DNA of 64,000 nucleotides from NCBI GenBank assembly GCA_965263175.1, contig OZ253587.1, positions 2,889,032 through 2,953,031 on the forward strand. Direction: 5' to 3'. Positions 57,954 to 64,000 of the stretch are shown here, piece by piece. The first letter of the stretch is position 1, and each line of letters starts with the position of its first letter. The DNA comes from Chloroflexota bacterium (GTDB lineage: Bacteria > Chloroflexota > UBA11872). The notes beneath the pieces were generated by a model, which saw only the letters and a list, made by a program, of their open reading frames with translations, was not told where the DNA came from and did no database searches. The translations under genes and the position numbers were made by a program.

Positions 57954-58846
57954 GCGGCCTTGCCAATCAGCTGCTGGTAGGTCATGGGTTCAGTGCGCAC
58001 GATGCGCCGCAGCGTGTCCATGAACAGGTACTGGTTCTTGCGGTTCGAGAATCGCCATTCCAGTTCTTCGAGGTAGCGGTCCAGGTGCTTCGCTGAGACG
58101 TGGTGGAACGCGCCCATGATGCTGCGCTTGAACGAGGCCCAAATGCTCTCGATGCTGTTGGTGTGCACGTCGCCGAACGCCCACTGGAACTCGGAGTGGT
58201 TGACGGTCGCGTGGCGCGTGTCGGCGTCGGCGATGCCCAGGTAGGACGCCAGCTCGTCCGTGTAAATGGCCTCGGCCTCGTCCTTCACTGTGCGAGCGAT
58301 GAAGTCGTGGAGGGTGGCGCGGCGGGTGTCGGGGATGCGCTCCAGGCGTACGTCACCGTCACGCTGCACCGCGCCAGCGACCCAGATTTTGTTGCCGCGA
58401 TAGCCGCGGCCCTTGCCGCGTCGCTTGCCGCCGATCAGCGTCTCGTCCACTTCGACCACGCCAAGCAGCGTCGGGCCGGCCATCGGCTCATTGCCCATGG
58501 CCGCGCGGATACGGTGGCCGAGGTACCAGGCGGTCTTGCGGGCGATGCCGAGCGTCCGGTGCAACTGAAGCGCCGAGATGCCCTTCTTGGACTCGCACAT
58601 GAGGTAGATCGCCGCGAACCACTTGCGCAGCGGCAGGTGGGAGTCGTGCATGATGGTTCCCGACGTGACGCTGAACTGGTGGCGGCACGTCTGGCAGTCG
58701 TAGACGTGGCGGCGGCGAACTTCGCTAATGCCCGTCCCCCCGCAGCGCAGGCAGGTCACGCCGTCCGGCCAGCGCAGGCGTTCCAGTAGCTCGCGACACT
58801 CGGAATCGCTAGAGTACTTGTCCAGCAGGGTGAGGAGGTTCAGCAT
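57950..58846 (-). CDS. IS1595-family transposase, copy 3
   Basis: CLRCGG...YDCQTCRHQFSVTSGT zinc ribbon, then VEVDETLIGG ... YTDELASYLGI ... HTNSIESIWASFKR. Confidence 0.85.
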   Translation of the reverse strand: MLNLLTLLDKYSSDSECRELLERLRWPDGVTCLRCGGTGISEVRRRHVYDCQTCRHQFSVTSGTIMHDSHLPLRKWFAAIYLMCESKKGISALQLHRTLGIARKTAWYLGHRIRAAMGNEPMAGPTLLGVVEVDETLIGGKRRGKGRGYRGNKIWVAGAVQRDGDVRLERIPDTRRATLHDFIARTVKDEAEAIYTDELASYLGIADADTRHATVNHSEFQWAFGDVHTNSIESIWASFKRSIMGAFHHVSAKHLDRYLEELEWRFSNRKNQYLFMDTLRRIVRTEPMTYQQLIGKAA

Positions 58847-58853
58847 GGCTCAG

Positions 58854-58997
58854 GCTCCAAAGAAGCGACGATTGCCGAAAGACATGACGGACCGAACGGA
58901 TGCCGAAGTCGCCGAACGACTGTTTGGGAAGCCCGTCAAACAGGAACTGGATCGGGTCGCGTTAGCTGCACGTCGAAAGTCCATAGCCGGAGTGTAG
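58854..58997 (+). CDS. Small basic protein (MAQAPKKRRLPKDM...), divergent from the transposase
   Basis: 47-aa ORF with a nuclear-localisation-like/AT-hook-like basic N-terminus. Analogous to the small basic cargo protein of copy 2. Confidence 0.3.
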   Translation, partial: APKKRRLPKDMTDRTDAEVAERLFGKPVKQELDRVALAARRKSIAGV

Positions 58998-59036
58998 GCC
59001 GCCGCTCACCTTGCGTCAAGTATGCAATTCTTGATG

Positions 59037-59114
59037 CTTGTATGTTCCGAGGGTCTTGGATCGGCCCGTCAACTCTAACCCTGGACTTTCCAAGGCTCTG
59101 GGAACATACAAGGG
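59037..59114. repeat. 76-bp palindromic mini-element derived from the IS110 terminus: ~55 bp of the IS110 end plus an inverted copy of its outer 26 bp
   Basis: 59060-59112 aligns to 18760-18812 (ggcccRtcaRctct..ccYtggac...ccaagg..c.gggaacatacaaggg). 59037-59062 is the inverted outer segment (cttgtatgttccgagggtcttgg). Confidence 0.7.
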
Positions 59115-59645
59115 TCAGGGTGGGGGCCCGTCGCTTACCCCGCCTGCCTCGCGCTCAGCCCCTGGGCTGCATCAGCGTCCACATATAGCCCGGGCACCAG
59201 GCGCCCCGCGGCCGCGGGGCAAGTCTCGCCGTGGCTGCAACTGGTTTGCGAGACTCGTCGGTCCGTATCATCATCTCTCCCTGGCCGGAGCGGGCGTCAT
59301 GCGAGCGAAGAACCGTTCCCTGCACATAGACCCCAGGGGCTCACGAGCCTCGGTACCGGGTCGTGCCGATCACCGCTCCCCCGCATGTGCCAAGGCCCTG
59401 CGTCATTCCGGGCTCGACCCGAAATCCAGACGGACTCCTGGCCGCGAGGTTGAGGGAACTATCGGATTGGACCCCGGCCCCGTATCAAAGCACGGCGGCC
59501 GGCTTTCCGCGGGCGTGCTGGAAGGCCAGGCCTTTCGTCTGCTTGCCGGGGGCCGCGCGCCGGGGCGCCGGAATGCCCAGCAAGTGGGTCGTCGTCCTGG
59601 CGTGCAGCGGTCAAGGCGCCTCACGCTCCAGGCCCCAGGACACGC

Positions 59646-61245
59646 ATGAACGAGTTGCTCGTCGCATTCGCGCTCGTGGCGGTGGTGCTCACGGTATCGG
59701 CGCTCGCCTCGCCCTTCGTGGAGCGCGGGCCGATCTCGTTTCCGATCATCTTTCTCGGGCTAGGGTTCGCGCTGGGCGCCCGCGGTCTGAATCTGATCGA
59801 CATCGATGCGCATAGCCCGAACCTGGAAATGGTGGCCACGCTCACGTTGGCGCTGGTGCTTTTTCTCGACGCCGTCCAAATCCAGATCGACCAGCTCGGA
59901 CGGCATTGGCTCGCTCCGGCGTTGATTCTGGGTCCGGGAACACTGCTGATCGTGGCGCTGACCGCCGGCGCCTCCATGGGCATCTTGGGCTTAGCGCTGG
60001 TGCCCGCCTTGATCGTAGGCGCCGCGCTGGCCTCCACCGACCCGGTCGTGCTGCGGGACGTCGTGCGGAATGAGCGGCTTCCGGGTGCGATCCGGCAGGT
60101 GCTGAAGCTCGAGGCCGGGCTCAATGACCTGGTGGTCTTGCCGATCATCCTAATCCTCATCGCGGTAGCAACGGCACAGGCCAGCAGCGCCGGCGACTGG
60201 CTGGCGCTGGTCGCTCGTTTGTTGCTGCTGGGGCCTGCCATCGGCTTTGCCGTGGGCGGGATCGGCTCCTGGCTGGTGAGCCGCGTGGACGGCGCCCTGG
60301 GGATACGCCGCGAGTTCCAGGCGCTCTATGGCGTGGGGCTGGTGCTGGCCGCCTACGTCGCCGCTACCGCCGCCGGCGGCGACGGGTTTCTCGCCGCTTT
60401 TGCCGCCGGGCTCGCCGTCCCCCTGCTCAATCACCAGCTCTGCGATTGCTTTCTCGAGTACGGCGAGGTGACGGCAGAGATGGCGATGCTCCTGGCCTTC
60501 ACTCTCTTTGGCGCCGCGCTGTCAACGGTTCTCGATCAGGCGGAAATCTGGCCGTCCGTCCTTCTGGCAGTGCTCGCCATCGCGGTGATCCGTCCGGCGG
60601 TGCTCGGCGTGGTGCTGGCGCGTGTGCGCCTGAGCGGCTTTGCGCGCGCGTTCGTGGGATGGTGCGGACCGCGTGGGCTGAACTCGCTGCTGTTGGTGCT
60701 GCTGGTCGTCCAGGCCGGCGTCGCCGGGGCCGAGTCGCTGCTGGCCATCGTTGGCGTGGTCGTCCTGCTCTCGGCGGTGGTGCATGGGGCGAGCGCCACA
60801 CCCCTTTCCGCCTGGTACGGGCGTCGGGTGGCCCGAGAAACTCCGGTGGAAGAACGCGCCCCAACGGCCGCCGGGTTGTTCGAGGCGAACCGCGACGCCG
60901 CGCCGCGCATCAGCGTTGCCGAGCTGCGCCAACGTCTGCGCGGCGCCGATCCGCCGGTCGTGCTTGACGTCCGCACCCGCGCGACCCGCATGCTCGGCCG
61001 AGACGCGATTGCAGGCAGTGTCCGCGTGCCCCCGGACCGCCTTGACGCATGGTCGCACGACCACGCGTTGGATCGCCTGATCGTGGCGTATTGCTACTGA
61101 CCTGACGAGGCAACCAGCGCCCGTGCGGCGCACGAACTCCGACAGCGCGGCTTCGACGCCGTTGCCTTGAAAGGCGGGCTCGCCGCCTGGCGCGCAGCAG
61201 CGTCCGACGACTCATTCATACCGACGAAGGGTGGGCGCGCGTGAC
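59646..61245 (+). CDS. NhaP-type (CPA1) cation:proton antiporter fused to a C-terminal rhodanese-like domain. The rhodanese domain is interrupted by an in-frame TGA at 61098-61100.
   Basis: Antiporter TM core (GLNDLVVLPIILIL...). C-terminal VLDVRTRATRMLGRDAIAGSVRVPPDRL...IVAYCY-TGA-PDEATSARAAHELRQRGFDAVALKGGLAAWRAA aligns with GlpE-like rhodanese across the stop. Confidence 0.7.
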
Positions 61246-61619
61246 CAACTGTAGCCTGGCGGAGCAGGCTGGGGTGCAGAGCCGCGCTCTCTCCGCCGCG
61301 AGGCGTTTGCATAGCCAGGCGAGGCCAAGGATGTCCCGGGAGAACCCTGCGCGGCTCCAGGTGTACTGATCACAGAGATGTGAGACACGGCTGACGGGTG
61401 CCGGCCACCGAGCGTGCGGTGCGGTCGGCGCCGGCCATACCTCCGGAGCCAGCCGGGCAGTGCCTACGTGCAATGGGCGCCGGAGGGGTGGGCGAACGGG
61501 TACGCCCAGCCGCGCAGCAAGCGTTGGATGCAGCGTTCGGCCTTGCGGTTGGCGTCGGCGTGTGACCAGGGCGTGCAGGTGGTGGCTGGCGGCCGGTGGG
61601 CGCGGCCGCCGCGGTGGCT

Positions 61620-61890
61620 GGACCTCGGCCGCGAAACGGGCGAGCCCCCGCGCGACATCCAGGCCGAGATATCGTATGTCGGGCATTTCGGCACCCTCCG
61701 GTTGACGCTGGCTTCCCGCCCTGCCTTGTAAATCCGGGCTCGCGCCTCGGCCCTGGCAACGCTCTGAGCCAGCGTGGGGCGCCGGGGCGCTCACGCTACG
61801 CAACGGTCTTCTTGGACCCAGGGGCGGTCGGGCTATTCCGGCCCTGCATGTTCCCTGGGTCGGCCCGAGGGTTCTGCAACATACAAGTGG
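61620..61890 (-). mobile_element. Truncated IS110-family remnant: terminal motif plus the first ~20 codons of the transposase
   Basis: End motif gcaacatacaag at 61876-61887. 185 nt inward, MPDIRYLGLDVARGLARFAAEV resembles the N-terminus [14 protein letters not shown] of the intact copy, at the same spacing. Homology is then lost. Confidence 0.55.
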
Positions 61891-61975
61891 CGGTTTGCTC
61901 CAGCGGGAGGCAAGTTGATGAACCTGACTCGCGACTGGCGGTTGGGCTGTAGACGGCGTTGGCTGAAGGCGCTTG

Positions 61976-62854
61976 TCAGGCGGTGACGGGGATTTCGAGG
62001 AAGTCCTCGCCGAGCACGATGTCGCCGTCGAATTGAGCGCGTGCTTCGGCCAGCATGGCGTCGCGGCGCTTGGGGTCGTCGGTTGTGTCGCCGAGGTGCA
62101 CCATGACCAGGCGCTTGACGCTGGCCTGGGCTGCGATTTGGGCAGCGCCGGCGGCGCCGGTGCAGCTGGTTGCGATCTCGGGCCAGAGGTCGATATCGGC
62201 TTGCAGGTCCATCGCCATGTGCACCAGCACGTCGGCGCCGCGGGCGAATTCGACCAGCTCCGGGAGGGGCCGCGTGTCGCCTGAGATCACGACCGACGCG
62301 TCGGCGGTCTGCAGGCGATAGGAGCGGGAGGCGAGGTAGGGCTGGACGTGGCGGGCCGGTCCGGCGGTGACCGTCCAGTGGTCGCTGGCGACGGCGTCGC
62401 CTTCTTCCAGTTCGCGCACTTCCAGGCGAGGACGAGTGCGGGGCATCGGTCCGCCGCGCAGCTGGTGAATGCGCTGGCTCAGCGGGTGGCGGGTGCGTGC
62501 CCGCAGGTCGGGGCCGTAGACGCCTTCCTGCCCGAAGAGCAGATCGACAATGCGGCGCAGCGGGGGCGGTCCGTAAACGGAGAGCGCATCGCCAGCGCCC
62601 GCGCCCTGGTCCCAACGGGCGAGCACGAAGTGCCCGAAGTCGGCCATGTGGTCGAAGTGGTGGTGGGTAAAAAAGAGTTGGTCTATTGCCAGGGGATCAA
62701 CTTGAGAGGCGAAGAGGTTCATCGCCGAGCCGGGTCCGAGGTCGAACACCGCGCCAGCGCCGTTGGTCAGGACGGCGATGGACTGGCCGGCTCGCTGGGC
62801 ACGCGGGGTTGGGTTGCCGGTGCCGAGCAGGACGAGGCGCAGGTTGGCGCTCAT
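61976..62854 (-). CDS. MBL-fold metallo-hydrolase (RNase Z/ElaC-like)
   Basis: HxHxDH motif FFTHHHFDHMADFGHFV and downstream metal-ligand His/Asp pattern. Confidence 0.8.
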   Translation of the reverse strand: MSANLRLVLLGTGNPTPRAQRAGQSIAVLTNGAGAVFDLGPGSAMNLFASQVDPLAIDQLFFTHHHFDHMADFGHFVLARWDQGAGAGDALSVYGPPPLRRIVDLLFGQEGVYGPDLRARTRHPLSQRIHQLRGGPMPRTRPRLEVRELEEGDAVASDHWTVTAGPARHVQPYLASRSYRLQTADASVVISGDTRPLPELVEFARGADVLVHMAMDLQADIDLWPEIATSCTGAAGAAQIAAQASVKRLVMVHLGDTTDDPKRRDAMLAEARAQFDGDIVLGEDFLEIPVTA

Positions 62855-63450
62855 GAGGTCTCCTCAGGGGCGAAGCGCAGGCCATGCTGGCTGCCGGCGT
62901 CTTCAAGCCAAGCGGCTACATAGGGAGCGAAGCTGCGACGGACGATGACGTCGACGGTGGGCGCGGCGTCAACGGCCAGCAGCAGAACCTGGGCGCGGGC
63001 CAGCAGGGTCTGGGCGCAGGCGCCGGGCGCGAAGACGGCTGGATCGAGATCAAGCGCGCAGCCGCGAGCGAGCACGTCACGTGTGGAAGGGCCGCGCAGG
63101 CGGATGACGGTCTGGCCGGTGCTTATGTCAACAACGGAAGCAAGGTGGCCAGTTAGCTCGGCTTGCAGCTCCGCGACGAGAGGGCCGGACTCCTGGCGGT
63201 CGGCAAGCAGCAGCCATTCGTCCGGTCCCAGCCAAATGGCCAGCATCGCGCCGGCGGCCGTTGTATTGGGCGTGAGCGGGAGGTGGAGGTGGAGCGTGCG
63301 GTGGACGGCGGCCAGGGCTTTGGTGTCGGCGGCGTCCAATCGCAGGTTGACGTGGGTGAGGAAGGGGCGTTCGAAGAGACCGTCGTCGTTGGGAGTCGGG
63401 TCCGGCGACCGGATGGCGCCGAGCGGCGAGCGGCGGGCTCGCAAGCTAGA
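62851..63450 (-). CDS. Sarcosine oxidase gamma-subunit-like protein (SoxG family); start uncertain
   Basis: ~200-aa GcvT-like C-terminal fold. Sits immediately downstream of a SoxA-like alpha-subunit C-terminus with a 4-nt overlap. Confidence 0.5.
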   Translation of the reverse strand, partial: SSLRARRSPLGAIRSPDPTPNDDGLFERPFLTHVNLRLDAADTKALAAVHRTLHLHLPLTPNTTAAGAMLAIWLGPDEWLLLADRQESGPLVAELQAELTGHLASVVDISTGQTVIRLRGPSTRDVLARGCALDLDPAVFAPGACAQTLLARAQVLLLAVDAAPTVDVIVRRSFAPYVAAWLEDAGSQHGLRFAPEETS

Positions 63451-64000
63451 CATGCTGGCGAGCGTTCCGCGGGTCGTAGAAGACGGGGTTGCAGCTGCGA
63501 GCCGGGAGCCAGCGGTCGTCGAGGTTGGCCACGTAGAGGCGCTCGCCGAGCGCCGCGCGGCCGCCGGAGACCAGGGCCAGGGCAATCGAGCGCCCGAGCA
63601 CGGGGCTGAAATAGCTGGAGGTGACGTGGCCGCGCATCGGCAGGGGCCGCCGCGGTCCCGGGGTGTCGACTACCGCTCCGCCTTCGGGCAGGACAAGGGT
63701 CGGGTCGTCGCTGAGCAATCCAACGAGTTGCTTGCGGTCCGGTCGCAGCGAGTCGGGGCGGCGGAGCGAGCGCTTGCCGAGGAAGTCCTTGCGCCGCGAC
63801 AGCATGCGGCCCAGCCCCGCGTCGTTTGGCGTGACCGAACCGTCCGTTTCCTGACCGACGATGATGAAGCCCTTTTCGGCTCGCAGCACGTGCATGGTCT
63901 CAGTGCCGTAGGGCGTGATGCCGAACGGCTGGCCGTGGGCGAGGAGGGCTTCCCAGACGTGCCGGGCCCGGTCGGCTGGCACGTTGATTTCGTAGGAGAG
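63446..64000 (-). CDS. Sarcosine oxidase alpha subunit (SoxA) C-terminal aminomethyltransferase-like domain; partial, N-terminus beyond the window
   Basis: GcvT-type folate-binding domain (GLGRMLSRRKDFLGKRSL ... VTSSYFSPVLGRSIALALV). Confidence 0.65.
   Translation of the reverse strand, partial: LSYEINVPADRARHVWEALLAHGQPFGITPYGTETMHVLRAEKGFIIVGQETDGSVTPNDAGLGRMLSRRKDFLGKRSLRRPDSLRPDRKQLVGLLSDDPTLVLPEGGAVVDTPGPRRPLPMRGHVTSSYFSPVLGRSIALALVSGGRAALGERLYVANLDDRWLPARSCNPVFYDPRNARQHV

Larger units (their letters stand above)
56177..59032. mobile_element. IS1595-family cargo element (copy 3, 2856 bp) with ~20-bp terminal inverted repeats and an 8-bp target-site duplication GATGCTTG
   Basis: IR-L gggaattgcatacttgacgc (56177-56196). 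IR-R gcgtcaagtatgcaattc (59013-59030). Direct repeats gatgcttg at 56169-56176 and 59033-59040. Confidence 0.8.

Noticed and set aside
59038-59649. 203-aa ORF starting MYVPRVLDRP upstream of the NhaP gene (and the MYVPGSLAG extension of the IS110 transposase ORF at 18809)
   Set aside because: The MYVP start is created by the conserved IS110 terminal DNA motif ATGTATGTTCC. The remainder is Arg/Pro/Gly-rich noise. The real IS110 transposase start is [13 protein letters not shown] (18602).
61098-61100. Selenocysteine recoding of the in-frame TGA in the rhodanese domain
   Set aside because: The TGA does not replace the catalytic Cys, which is retained two codons upstream. The downstream hairpin lacks SECIS features. 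A nonsense mutation or sequencing error is more parsimonious. It is kept only as a low-probability alternative in the finding.

Overview
This is a 64-kb high-GC (~68%) bacterial chromosomal segment. No taxon is assignable from sequence alone. Core housekeeping and metabolic genes (uvrA, tag, acn, trpS, an sthA-like gene, a transketolase-family enzyme, modABC, a PQQ sugar dehydrogenase, sarcosine-oxidase subunits, an NhaP antiporter) are interrupted by several lower-GC, horizontally acquired-looking insertions.

Mobile DNA is abundant:
- an IS5-family element at the 5' edge of the window;
- one intact IS110-family element plus two remnants;
- three divergent IS1595-family transposases. Two sit in roughly 2.8-kb cargo-carrying elements with identifiable terminal inverted repeats, and one of these has an 8-bp target-site duplication.

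A roughly 120-bp palindromic MITE/REP-like repeat family occurs in at least nine clusters. Its central hairpin carries compensatory substitutions. It is often accompanied by a roughly 200-bp companion repeat.

The features most worth follow-up are:
1. A tandemly duplicated, translationally coupled two-gene module (small ~78-aa protein plus ~200-aa His-rich protein) in an AT-rich islet. It is of unknown function and is TA- or defence-like in architecture.
2. Four tandem paralogous genes for small membrane-anchored coiled-coil proteins, each with a conserved structured leader. They are divergently placed next to a secreted S1 protease.
3. An unrecognised ~55-aa two-cysteine domain shared by three secreted proteases (two S1 type, one HExxH type). 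One of them is IS1595 cargo.
4. Two fused restriction-modification-type genes. One is a nuclease-MTase-TRD single chain with a +1 frameshift and a G9 homopolymer in its specificity domain. The other is an MmeI-like enzyme whose nuclease motif is degenerate, sitting in a low-GC islet with an XRE regulator and an SDH/S49-type protease.
5. Two homopolymeric tracts (G9 and C10) that are candidate phase-variation switches.
6. A tRNA-like element inside an IS1595 cargo element.
7. An in-frame TGA splitting a rhodanese domain fused to an NhaP antiporter.
8. modA lacking a start codon because an IS1595 element inserted at its 5' end.

No CRISPR array, rRNA or canonical tRNA was seen.
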